Source of the DNA: an uncultured Acidobacteriota bacterium
GTDB lineage: Bacteria; Acidobacteriota; Thermoanaerobaculia; Gp7-AA8
Reading direction: 5' to 3'
Assembly (NCBI GenBank): GCA_963741955.1
Contig: CAVUKB010000007.1
Coordinates: forward strand, 832,001 to 896,000
Length of the DNA stretch: 64,000 nt
The position numbers were made by a program, and so were the translations under genes. Below are positions 36,278 through 45,474 of this stretch, one piece after another; within the stretch, counting starts at the first letter, position 1, and every line of letters starts with the position of its first letter. The notes beneath the pieces are model-generated. The model was not told where the DNA came from, searched no databases, and saw only the letters and a program-made list of their open reading frames with translations.

Positions 36278-36353
36278 TTAAGAGTCTGCTCGGTGGTTCG
36301 GGCTCTCGCGTGGATGGGATGCGCTCCGCAGTCCGGCGCCCCACGGAACTGCG

Positions 36354-36980
36354 TTATTCGGACGGGACGACCGGCTGCGGGGCGGGAAGCTTCTCCGGGA
36401 CGTGCTGCTCGCGGATCGCCGCGTAGTAACGGACCGCGGCGCGGCCGATGCTTCTCACCGCGAAGTAATTGATCGACGCTCCGAGCGCACCACCCGCGAC
36501 CGGTACGAGAGTTCCGAGCCGTTCCGCGAACATCCGGCTGCCGAGCTTCGACGCGATCGCCTTCACCGCTTCGTGTTCTGCGCTCCGGCGCACGACTGCA
36601 GAGCCGAGCCTCCCCGCAGCGGTCGCGCCGCTGGCGATGGCAAACACCGCGGCGATCTCCTGCAGCCGTTCTTCCACCCGGGGACTCTGACCGTAGATCG
36701 CGGCGATGGAGAGCACCAGACGGCTCTGCTCGCGCACCAGGTTGAAGATGTCCGGAGCCATCGCGAGGAGCGCCCACGCACCGCCGGCGGCGCCTGCTGC
36801 CGCGCCCCACCCGGCGGTTCGCCGAGCCGACCGGCGGATCAGCGTCCGCGCGAGATCGCGCTCCTCTGCGGCCGGCCATCGCCGCCGGAGCTCGTCCACG
36901 TCGCGCACGATCGCTCCGGCGTCGATGTCGTGCACCAGCCTTTCGATTGCGCGATACGCACGTAGCGATTTGAGGATCAT
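36354..36980 (-). CDS. EcsC-family-like protein
   Basis: GAAAGAAG, IA..YG, VPVAGGALGA.INY.....IG..A..YY. Confidence 0.7.
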   Translation of the reverse strand: MILKSLRAYRAIERLVHDIDAGAIVRDVDELRRRWPAAEERDLARTLIRRSARRTAGWGAAAGAAGGAWALLAMAPDIFNLVREQSRLVLSIAAIYGQSPRVEERLQEIAAVFAIASGATAAGRLGSAVVRRSAEHEAVKAIASKLGSRMFAERLGTLVPVAGGALGASINYFAVRSIGRAAVRYYAAIREQHVPEKLPAPQPVVPSE

Positions 36981-37173
36981 GCGAATGATGACCACGGAAC
37001 GCCTGCACGAATTCCACCGGGTAGCCCGAGGCCGGACGCGGACTCGACGGTGGACCGCTCGCCTGGTCGAGAATGCCCGTCCCCACCGGGCGGCCGCGGT
37101 CAGCCGGGGGTGATCTATACACCGTTCTCGCGACGGACATTTCGACCGCGCCGCCTTCGTCTGAATGGCCCGC

Positions 37174-37200
37174 GTTAACCTCGCGGCCGCCTCGAGCGTA
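37174..37200 (+). promoter_or_regulatory. Candidate ECF sigma promoter
   Basis: GTTAAC-N17-CGTA (AAC...CGT ECF pattern) upstream of the operon that encodes an ECF sigma. Confidence 0.55.
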
Positions 37201-37246
37201 TCTACCGGTGAATCGACCGGGCGGAGCCCGAAATGGAGGTCACACC

Positions 37247-37678
37247 ATGGAAGCCTGGATTCCAATCGTGCTGTTCATCACACTCTTTTCCATGATCTCG
37301 TTCGTGGTCTGGGTCGGAGGCCGCACCCGTCGGGAGCGCATCCGCTCGATGACCGAGCTGCAGAACCGGATGCTGGACCGCTTCGCCACCGCCGCGGAGT
37401 TCGTCGACTTTGCACGAACCGAAGAAGGACGCCGCTTCCTCGAATCAGCGACGAAGGATCGCTGGAGCCCGGCCAGCGGGATTCTCTGGTCGGTGCGGCT
37501 CGGACTCGTCGGCGCGCTGCTCGGCATCGGCTTTCTCGTTCTGTACTTCGTCGAGACCGATTTCGTCATTCCCGGCGTCCTGGTCCTCGCCATCGGCCTC
37601 GGGTTCCTGATGTCTGCCGCCGTTTCGCAGAAACTGGTTCGCAAGTGGGGACTGTTGCAGGACGAGAGCGGGACGTAA
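37247..37678 (+). CDS. Small 3-TM membrane protein (DUF6249-like), first gene of ECF operon
   Basis: RBS GGAGG. TM, then a charged linker (LDRF....EF..F..T.EG.RFL), then two TMs. Confidence 0.65.
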   Translation: MEAWIPIVLFITLFSMISFVVWVGGRTRRERIRSMTELQNRMLDRFATAAEFVDFARTEEGRRFLESATKDRWSPASGILWSVRLGLVGALLGIGFLVLYFVETDFVIPGVLVLAIGLGFLMSAAVSQKLVRKWGLLQDESGT

Positions 37679-37705
37679 GCTGTCCGGAAGGAAAGATCGG
37701 ACGAG

Positions 37706-38269
37706 ATGGAGAGTGCTCCGGCAATGCGTGCCGCCCTCGGCGCATCCTCGCCAGAGAGGGCGATGAGCGAGGCCGAGTTCGAGGCCTTCTACCGGAGGAC
37801 CGCTCGCCCGCTGTGGGGCTATCTCTACCGTCTCTGCTCGGATCCGGAGTTGACCGATGATCTGACGCAGCGTGCGTTTCTCCGCTTTCTCGACAATGCA
37901 TCGGGCGATGCATCGGAGGCTCAATTGCGTGGATTCCTCTTCACCGTGGCCACGAATCTGCTCAACGATCACTGGCGCTCGGAAGCGCGGAGGTCGCGTT
38001 GGGAGCGCAATCGGGGGAGCGAGCCGCGTTCGCAGTCGGAAGGCGTCGAATCGATCCATCTGAGTCGGGACATCGGCCGGCTTTTCGAAACTCTCCAGCC
38101 CCGGGAGAAAGAGCTCCTCTGGCTCGCGCACGTGGAGGAGGCGGACCACGCGGAGATCGCGGCGGCAGTCGGAGTGAAGGAGGGGAGCGTCAAGGTCCTG
38201 TTGTTCCGCGCGAGAAAGAAGCTCGCCGCACTTCTCACGCGCAACGGGATCTACGGCGGATCGAGGTGA
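37706..38269 (+). CDS. ECF sigma-70 family RNA polymerase sigma factor
   Basis: FE.FY....PL..YL, DDLTQ.AFL, FLF.VA.NL..D.WR, EIA..G....SVKV.LFRAR. Confidence 0.92.
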   Translation: MESAPAMRAALGASSPERAMSEAEFEAFYRRTARPLWGYLYRLCSDPELTDDLTQRAFLRFLDNASGDASEAQLRGFLFTVATNLLNDHWRSEARRSRWERNRGSEPRSQSEGVESIHLSRDIGRLFETLQPREKELLWLAHVEEADHAEIAAAVGVKEGSVKVLLFRARKKLAALLTRNGIYGGSR

Positions 38270-38273
38270 AGCA

Positions 38274-38744
38274 ATGAAGAAATCGTGTCCATTCGAGTCG
38301 CGCGTCGCGTCGATCCGGCAGGAGGCGACGCCGGAGATCGATGCTCATCTCGAGCAATGCGAGAGCTGCCGGCGCACCGTGCTGGTGACTCGGGCGATGC
38401 GCGACCTCGTGTCCGAACCGATCGCGCAACGGAGTCTCGCCGACCCGCGATTGATCTGGCTGAAATCGCGGATCGTCGGACACCGCGAGGCCGTGGCCAG
38501 GGCACGCCGCCCGTTCGAGCTCGCGAGCTTCGCGGCCTATCTGATCGTCGCCTGCAGCTGGGCGCTGGTGCTGGTGTGGAAATGGCCGGCAATCCAGGCG
38601 CTGCTCGCTGACTTCGATCTGCGCAAGCAGCTGGTCCTTTCGGTCTTCGGCCAGAGCGGGCTCTCCATGCAGTTTCTGGCGATCCTGATGGTGCTCACGT
38701 TCCTCACGTTCGGCCTGACCCTCCACTCCGCACTCGGAGAGTAG
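38274..38744 (+). CDS. Zinc-binding anti-sigma factor (ZAS-like) with TM segments
   Basis: HLEQCESCR (HxxxCxxC) plus two hydrophobic helices. Confidence 0.8.
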   Translation: MKKSCPFESRVASIRQEATPEIDAHLEQCESCRRTVLVTRAMRDLVSEPIAQRSLADPRLIWLKSRIVGHREAVARARRPFELASFAAYLIVACSWALVLVWKWPAIQALLADFDLRKQLVLSVFGQSGLSMQFLAILMVLTFLTFGLTLHSALGE

Positions 38745-38857
38745 AGTTCCGGGCGGGTGTCCGGTTCAGCGCTCCGCCGGCTTCTCCGGAGGGAACGGGC
38801 GGTCGGCACGCGCGAGGAACAATTCGCGGACCTCCCTGCAGGTCACGCGAAATCCAT

Positions 38858-38886
38858 TTGACAGCATCTCCTTCCGGGGGTATGTT
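38858..38886 (+). promoter_or_regulatory. Sigma-70 promoter of the TonB receptor operon
   Basis: TTGACA (38858-38863), 17-bp spacer, TATGTT (38881-38886). The -10 overlaps the inverted repeat TATGTTT-CAA-AAACATA. Confidence 0.7.
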
Positions 38887-38965
38887 TCAAAAACATATCG
38901 ATCGTTCGGTTTTTGCAGTTTTCGATTGACCCGCTACAGAGGGCTTCAGCGCCCGGGAGGAGCTC

Positions 38966-41761
38966 ATGGCCGGCACCCGTCTTCGTACGCTCGCAACAGG
39001 TGGTTTCATCCGCCTGCTCACCATCATCGCGGCACTCGCCGTCTTTCTCGCGCTTCCACTTCAGGCTCAGGTCGACCGCGCAGTGGTCGAGATCAGCGTC
39101 ACCGACTCGAGCGGCGCGGCTCTCCCCGGCGTGACGGTCACCGTAACCCGTCCGGAGACCGGCTATCAGTCCCTCGCCGTCACCGCGGGGAACGGGACCG
39201 CGCGCGTTCCGTCCCTCTCGCCCGGAACTTACGAAGTCGCGTTCACTCTCGAAGGCTTCGCTCCGGTGACCGAGAAAAACCTCGTTCTCCGGGTCGGGCA
39301 GACCGCGCGCCTGAACATCGTGCTCAATCCCGCCACCTCGGAGTCCATCACCGTCACCGCGCAGTCCCAGGTGGTGGACGTCTACAAGTCGGACGATTCG
39401 ACGAACATCGTGCCTGAGGCGATCCAGTCGCTTCCGGTCGCGGACCGCGACTTCCAGCGACTCGCGTTCATCGCCCCGGGTGTGCAGCGCGAGCGCGGCG
39501 ACTACCGCTTCATCGGCGGCGGCCCGGTTCTCGGCAGCGGCTCCAACGCCAGCCAGGCCACCATCCTGGTCGACGGCGTCGACTTCACCGATCCTGCCCT
39601 CGGGCTCGCCCGCACCCGCTTCAGCCAGGACGCGATCCGCGAGTTCCGCGTGATCGCCAACCGCTTCGACACCGAGATCGGCGGCTCCGCAGGCGGCGCC
39701 CTCTCGATCGTCACCAAGAGCGGAACGAACGATGTCGACGGGACAGTCTTCGGCTTCTATCGCGACAAGTCGCTTCGTGCGAAAGGCGCGCTGGAACAGA
39801 AGAACAACGATTTCAGCCGCGGTCAATACGGCTTTACCGTCGGCGGCCCGATCATTCTCGATCGTCTTCACTACTTCGTCTCCACTGAATTCATCGACCA
39901 GCAGACGGTCGCCCTCTTCCGTCCGGGTGGAGCCTACGCCCCCCTCGCGGCCGACGTGAATCATCCGATGAACCAGACGCTCGCATTCGCCGGACTCGAC
40001 TCCCAGTTCGGGACCAATCACACCGGCGCGGCGAAGTTCGTCTACGAGAAGTACCAGGAAGACAACTTCCGCGTCGGCGGCATCTCCGATGTCTCCTACG
40101 GCCAGCAGCTCAATCGCGACAACTGGAACGTAACCCTGGAAGACAGCTGGGTGGTCTCTTCGAACAAGCTCAACGAAGCTCGATTCCAGGCCGGCTCGCG
40201 GAAGTACGACGAGCCGCCCAACGCGCCCGCCGGCACTCCCGCCGAGTGGTTCTCGAGCGGAAATACGCTCCAGACCGGGACGAACATCCTCGGAAACCTT
40301 CTCGGATCCGGTGATCAGTTCGAGCTTCGCGACACTTTCTACGACTTCATCCCGGTCGGGAAAAGCTCGCACGACCTGAAGGCCGGCTTCTCCGCACAGC
40401 GGATCAAAGAGCGCTCGCGCATCGACACCTTCCAGGACGGGCTCTTCGTCTATTACTCCGACGACCGCTCGTTCCCGCTGTCGTATCTGTACGGCGTCGG
40501 ATCGGCCGACGTCCGTCTCAACACCACCCGCTACGGCGCGTTCGTGGAAGACAGCTGGCGGCCGAACACGAAGCTGATGGTCAACCTGGGGCTTCGCTAC
40601 GACCTCGACACCAACGGGAACAATCCCGGTTTCCATCACACGCTCGTTCCCAACGGCCGTAAACGCGACACCAACAACTGGCAGCCTCGCTTGTCATTCA
40701 CCTACGATCTCGCCGGCAACGGTGCGAACGTGATCCGCGGCGGCGTCGGGAAATTCATCGGACGCTTCATTCTCGTCCCCGCCTTCACGGAGCTCCAGCA
40801 GAACGGCGAGACGGGACGGCTTCTGATCACACGCGTGAATGGTCTTCTGTTCGGACTTCCCGCGTTCGCCCTCGACCCGGCGCATCCGACAACCACCGGG
40901 ATTCCGCTCAAACCACAGATCACGCTTCTCGACAGTACTTTCGTCTCGCCGGAATCGACCCAGACGAGCCTCGGATACACCATGCGCCTCGGCCACACCG
41001 GCCTCTATCTCGACGCCGAAGGGATCTACGCCGAGGGGACGAAGGAGATCGTCGTCCGCGACACGAACTGGGGCGGGAACTCCAATCCGGTTCGGCCGAA
41101 CGCGAATTACGATCAGATCAACACGTACACGAACCAGGGGCACTCCGTGTACAAGGCGGCGGTGCTGAGTCTGAACGGCACCCTTCCCGGAGGACATCTC
41201 CTCACCAGCTCCATCACTCTGGCCGACAAGAAGAACATCAGCGACGACTTCAGTCCGGTCTTCCCGTTCGGCTACCCGAACGATCCGGCGAACATCGAAG
41301 CGGAGTATGGACGCAGCCGGGCCGACGAGCGTTACCGCGTCGTCCTGAGCGGCGTCTTCAAGCTCCCGTGGAAGCTGACGGTCGCACCGATCTACGAGTA
41401 CGGATCGGGACAGCCGTGGAATCTCCGGCTCGGCTACGACTACAACGGCGACGGGAAGAACTCCGACCGGCCGGCCGGTGTGGGCCGGAACTCGATGGAC
41501 GGCCCGGCATTCCAGCAGCTCAGCCTCCGGGTGACCAAGACCATCCCGGTTGGAAGCAACTCGGTCGATCTGATCGCCGAGGCTTTCAACCTGACCGACG
41601 TCACGAACTACGACGTGAGCTCGATCGACGCGGCGAAGTATCTGGCCGGACCGACACTCGCGAATCCGACCGCGCCGTACGTCGCGAATCCGAGCTTCGG
41701 GAAGTATCGCGCGACGCTTCCGTCGCGTGAGATTCAGCTCGGCGTCCGCTGGGCATTCTGA
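38966..41761 (+). CDS. TonB-dependent outer-membrane receptor (Oar-like, with carboxypeptidase-regulatory N-domain)
   Basis: Signal peptide. DSSGAALPGVTVT, IVTKSGTN, NLGLRYD, N.QPRL.F.YD. C-terminal R.IQLGVRWAF. Confidence 0.93.
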   Translation: MAGTRLRTLATGGFIRLLTIIAALAVFLALPLQAQVDRAVVEISVTDSSGAALPGVTVTVTRPETGYQSLAVTAGNGTARVPSLSPGTYEVAFTLEGFAPVTEKNLVLRVGQTARLNIVLNPATSESITVTAQSQVVDVYKSDDSTNIVPEAIQSLPVADRDFQRLAFIAPGVQRERGDYRFIGGGPVLGSGSNASQATILVDGVDFTDPALGLARTRFSQDAIREFRVIANRFDTEIGGSAGGALSIVTKSGTNDVDGTVFGFYRDKSLRAKGALEQKNNDFSRGQYGFTVGGPIILDRLHYFVSTEFIDQQTVALFRPGGAYAPLAADVNHPMNQTLAFAGLDSQFGTNHTGAAKFVYEKYQEDNFRVGGISDVSYGQQLNRDNWNVTLEDSWVVSSNKLNEARFQAGSRKYDEPPNAPAGTPAEWFSSGNTLQTGTNILGNLLGSGDQFELRDTFYDFIPVGKSSHDLKAGFSAQRIKERSRIDTFQDGLFVYYSDDRSFPLSYLYGVGSADVRLNTTRYGAFVEDSWRPNTKLMVNLGLRYDLDTNGNNPGFHHTLVPNGRKRDTNNWQPRLSFTYDLAGNGANVIRGGVGKFIGRFILVPAFTELQQNGETGRLLITRVNGLLFGLPAFALDPAHPTTTGIPLKPQITLLDSTFVSPESTQTSLGYTMRLGHTGLYLDAEGIYAEGTKEIVVRDTNWGGNSNPVRPNANYDQINTYTNQGHSVYKAAVLSLNGTLPGGHLLTSSITLADKKNISDDFSPVFPFGYPNDPANIEAEYGRSRADERYRVVLSGVFKLPWKLTVAPIYEYGSGQPWNLRLGYDYNGDGKNSDRPAGVGRNSMDGPAFQQLSLRVTKTIPVGSNSVDLIAEAFNLTDVTNYDVSSIDAAKYLAGPTLANPTAPYVANPSFGKYRATLPSREIQLGVRWAF

Positions 41762-41765
41762 TCTC

Positions 41766-41799
41766 GAGGGAGCGCAGGCTTCACGGCCTGCGCTCCCTC
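41766..41799 (+). terminator. Strong hairpin (terminator, processing or REP-like) after the TonB receptor
   Basis: Perfect 14-bp stem GAGGGAGCGCAGGC-TTCACG-GCCTGCGCTCCCTC, with no U-tract. Confidence 0.55.
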
Positions 41800-41921
41800 A
41801 CCCCGATCGTGGGGACGAGCAGAGAGGCCAGAGCCAGGGCCCACCCTTCCGGCCGCCGCAGCGACACTCGACATTTCACGATGACCGTCCATACAACGAA
41901 CAGCACTCCGGGAGAATCCAA

Positions 41922-42698
41922 ATGCCAGAACCCATGAACCAACGGGTGGTGATCGTCACCGGCGCCGCCGCAGGTATCGGCCGTACGACCGCGATCCATT
42001 TCGCGAGAGAAGGAGCACGCGTCGCTGCATGGGACGTGAAGGAGATCGACGGTGCTCTCCTCGATGAACTGAAACGAAATGGCGGTGACGCACACGCGCA
42101 GCGCGTCGACGTCAGCGACTCGAGATCCGTGGAGAGTGCGGTTGCGGACGTGATCTCACGCTGGGGACGAATCGACGTCCTGGTGAACAACGCAGGAATC
42201 CTTCGCGACTCGCAGCTGGTGAAGTGGAAGGATGGCGCCGTCGCGTCGATGATGACCGACGAGGCTTTCGACGCCGTAGTGAACGTCAATTTCCGCGGCG
42301 TCTTCATCGCCACGCGCGCGGTGGTTCCGCACATGATCGCCGCGAAACGCGGCGTGATCCTCAATGCGTCTTCCGTCGTCGGCCTGTACGGCAATTTCGG
42401 GCAGACGAACTACGCGGCGACCAAAGCCGCGGTGATCAACATGACCCGCACCTGGTCTCGCGAGCTCGGTCGCTACGGCATCCGGGTGAACGCGGTCGCC
42501 CCCGGTTTCATCGCCACGGAGATGGTCCAGCAGATGCCGGAGAAGGTTCTCGAGGGAATGGTCGCGCGCACGCCGCTCGGCCGGATGGGCAAGCCCGAAG
42601 ACATCGCAGACGCGTACGTCTGGCTCGCATCGGACGCCGCGAGCTTCGTCACCGGGACGGTCCTCTCGGTCGACGGCGGAATCGTGATCGGCACGTAG
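41922..42698 (+). CDS. fabG: FabG-like 3-oxoacyl-(ACP/CoA) reductase (SDR)
   Basis: TGAAAGIG, NNAGI, GNFGQTNYAATK, VAPGFI.TEM, PLGR.G. Confidence 0.85.
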   Translation: MPEPMNQRVVIVTGAAAGIGRTTAIHFAREGARVAAWDVKEIDGALLDELKRNGGDAHAQRVDVSDSRSVESAVADVISRWGRIDVLVNNAGILRDSQLVKWKDGAVASMMTDEAFDAVVNVNFRGVFIATRAVVPHMIAAKRGVILNASSVVGLYGNFGQTNYAATKAAVINMTRTWSRELGRYGIRVNAVAPGFIATEMVQQMPEKVLEGMVARTPLGRMGKPEDIADAYVWLASDAASFVTGTVLSVDGGIVIGT

Positions 42699-42715
42699 GG
42701 CCGAGGGAGATCGAC

Positions 42716-43705
42716 ATGAGCTACGCAATCATTACATCCACCGGGATCTGCATCCCGGAAAATGAAGCTTCGAACGATCTGTTGAGACGACGCTTCGACG
42801 TCCGCTTCCCGGAATTCGTCGACAAGATGGAAGCATCGAGCGGGATCCGAACGCGATGGTTCGCTCCGGATGACCAGGCCACCTCGGATCTCGCCGCGGC
42901 CGCCGCGCGCGAGGCTCTCACGCGTGCGGGCAAGAGTGCGATGGACGTCGATCTGATCATCCTCGGCACCGATTCCCCCGACTACATCACCCCCGCGACG
43001 TCGGTCGTGGTGCAGGAGAAGATCGGCGCGAAGAACGCAGGCACGTTCGACGTCGGCTGTGCATGTGCGTCGTTCCCCACCGGGCTGTCCACCGCGGCGG
43101 GGTTGATGGCGACGAACCCGTCGCTGAAGACGGTCCTCGTCATCGGGGTCTACATGATGCACAAGCTCGCCGATCCGGACGACCCGATGATCTTCTTCTA
43201 CGGCGATGGCGCCGGTGCGGCGATTCTCGAACAGAGCGACCGCCCCGGATTCGTCTCCGCGGCGTTTCAGGCAGACGGCGCGTACTACCGCAACTGGGGT
43301 ATCTACTCCGGAGGTACGGCCGAACCGGTCACCGCGGAGTCGCTCGCCGCAGGAAGAACGACAGTGAAAATGTTCGATCGCTATCCTCCCGAGATCAACA
43401 ACGAAGGGTGGCCGAAGCTGGTCCGGAAAGTCGCCTGCAACGGAGGGTTCGAGCTCGGCGAGATCGACTTTCTCGTTTTCACGCAGGTGCGCAAGCCCAC
43501 CATCGAGCTGGTCATGGAAGATCTCGGCATTCCGATGGCGAAGACCCATACTGTAATGGAGAAGTGGGGCTACACCGGCTCCGCCTGCATTCCGATGGCT
43601 TTTCACGACGCGCTGCAGCAGAAGAAGATCAAGACGGGAGATCTCGTCGTCTTCATCGGATCCGGAGTCGGCTACAACCAGGCAGCGGCCGCGTTCAGGA
43701 TGTAG
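42716..43705 (+). CDS. FabH/KAS III-like condensing enzyme with non-canonical catalytic residues
   Basis: SGIRTR, DY..PATS, FDV.CACASF, GDGAGA. FTQV replaces HQAN and GYTGSA replaces GNT. Confidence 0.85.
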   Translation: MSYAIITSTGICIPENEASNDLLRRRFDVRFPEFVDKMEASSGIRTRWFAPDDQATSDLAAAAAREALTRAGKSAMDVDLIILGTDSPDYITPATSVVVQEKIGAKNAGTFDVGCACASFPTGLSTAAGLMATNPSLKTVLVIGVYMMHKLADPDDPMIFFYGDGAGAAILEQSDRPGFVSAAFQADGAYYRNWGIYSGGTAEPVTAESLAAGRTTVKMFDRYPPEINNEGWPKLVRKVACNGGFELGEIDFLVFTQVRKPTIELVMEDLGIPMAKTHTVMEKWGYTGSACIPMAFHDALQQKKIKTGDLVVFIGSGVGYNQAAAAFRM

Positions 43706-43787
43706 AGGAGCGAGAGGCTAGAGGCTCGCGACTTGGCCTGGAGAGTCGAGACCATGGAGTAAATCCATCGACGAAGGAGCCTTCAGC

Positions 43788-45383
43788 GTGAAGACGCAAT
43801 CAACGGACTCCCCGAGTCCCGAGTCCCGAGCCTCGAGCCTCGCGTCGTCCCCCGCCGACATCCTCGGCGAGCGCGCACGAGTGACACCCGATCGCGAGGC
43901 GCTCGTGATCGTGCAGAGCGATGACCGCCTCACGTACGCGGAGCTCGACTGGCGGATCTGCCGTGCCGCGGCGATGCTCACGAACGAGCTCGGTCTGCAG
44001 CGCGGCGACCGTTACGGCATCCTTCTCCACAACTGCGTGGAGTTCCTCGACCTCTTCTTCGCCGCCGCGAAGACGGGGCTGATCGCCGTCCCCCTCAGCA
44101 CTCGGGCGACGGCGCACGAGCTGGAAGGCATCTTTCGTGACTCTGGCTTGAGCGCGTTGTTCTACGGGCCGGAATTCACGGAAACGATCGAGGAGTGTCG
44201 CGGCGCGCTTTCTTCGGACGCTTCGGTGATTCCGGTCGAGTCCTCGGAGTACGCCAAGCTCATCTGCGACGCGGAGGCTGCAGACGTGACCCCCGCTGGC
44301 TGCGATCCGGAGGACCTGGTCTGCCTCCTCTACACCAGCGGAACGACCGGAGCGCCGAAGGGAGTGATGATCCCGCACCGGATGCTGGCGTTCAACGGCT
44401 ACAACACGGCTGTGAACTGGAGCCTGCGGGAGGACGACCGGAGCCCGGTGTTCACGCCGATGTACCACGCCGGAGGGATCGGTGCGTTCCTCGTTCCGAT
44501 CTTCACGGCCGGGGGGACGATCGTTCTCCACCGGAAATTCGACGTTCCGGAGATCTGGCGCACCATCGAGCGTGAGCGCTGCACGGTGGCCCTCGGCGTC
44601 CCGACGATCTATCGCATGCTGATGGAAGCCCCGGAGTTCGCGACGGCCGATCTTTCGAGCATTCGGTGGCTGATCAGCGGCGGCGCGCCGCTCCCGCTCA
44701 CCATCATCGAGGCGTACCAGAAGAGAGGGGTCGTCTTCAAGCAGGGGTTCGGGATGACCGAGGTCGGCGTGAACTGCTTCTCGATGACGGTGGAGGATTC
44801 GTTCCGGAAGCGCGGCTCGATCGGAAGGCCGATGCTCCACACCCGCGCGCGCGTCGTCGACGAAGGCGGCAACGACATGGCGCCGAATGAGGTCGGAGAG
44901 CTCGTCTTCAAGGGTCCGCACGTCTCGAAAGGCTACTGGAACGACGACGCAGCGACCGCCGCATCGTGGGATCGGGACGGCTGGTTTCACAGTGGAGACC
45001 TGGCCCGCATCGACGAAGAAGGGTTCTTCTACATCGCCGGACGGAAGAAGGACATGCTGATCAGCGGCGGGGTGAACGTGTACCCGGCGGAGATCGAGGC
45101 GGAGCTGGTGGCGCTCGCCGGCGTCGCGGACGCAGCCGTGGTCGGCGTTCGCGACGAAGAGTGGGGCGAAGTCGGGGTGGCGTTCGTCGTTCCGGTTGCG
45201 GGCGCGACACTCGACCCCGAGACGCTGAGCGCGCAGCTCCAGACGCGTCTCGCGAAACACAAGCTTCCGAAGCGTTACCACTTCATCGACGCACTCCCGC
45301 GTACGCCTTACGGAAAGGTGCTCAAGGCGGATCTGCGGAAGCTCGCGGAGTCGCCTGGCGTGCCCAGAGAAGAGCAGGAATAG
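43788..45383 (+). CDS. Long-chain acyl-CoA synthetase / AMP-dependent ligase
   Basis: YTSGTTGAPKG, QGFGMTE, WFHSGDL, GRKKDM.ISGG.NVYP.EIE, LPRT..GK. Confidence 0.92.
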   Translation: MKTQSTDSPSPESRASSLASSPADILGERARVTPDREALVIVQSDDRLTYAELDWRICRAAAMLTNELGLQRGDRYGILLHNCVEFLDLFFAAAKTGLIAVPLSTRATAHELEGIFRDSGLSALFYGPEFTETIEECRGALSSDASVIPVESSEYAKLICDAEAADVTPAGCDPEDLVCLLYTSGTTGAPKGVMIPHRMLAFNGYNTAVNWSLREDDRSPVFTPMYHAGGIGAFLVPIFTAGGTIVLHRKFDVPEIWRTIERERCTVALGVPTIYRMLMEAPEFATADLSSIRWLISGGAPLPLTIIEAYQKRGVVFKQGFGMTEVGVNCFSMTVEDSFRKRGSIGRPMLHTRARVVDEGGNDMAPNEVGELVFKGPHVSKGYWNDDAATAASWDRDGWFHSGDLARIDEEGFFYIAGRKKDMLISGGVNVYPAEIEAELVALAGVADAAVVGVRDEEWGEVGVAFVVPVAGATLDPETLSAQLQTRLAKHKLPKRYHFIDALPRTPYGKVLKADLRKLAESPGVPREEQE

Positions 45384-45474
45384 CTCGGATCATTGATGAG
45401 ACTTCGATCCGCAGCAGAAGTCCTGTGAATCATCCGGGGTTGAAGCCGGTTCCTGGTGAGGCGACGAGGCTCGG

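Noticed and set aside
41922-45383. Housekeeping fatty-acid synthesis (fab) operon or PKS
   Set aside because: No acpP, fabD, fabF or plsX is present, and the KAS III lacks the His/Asn residues.
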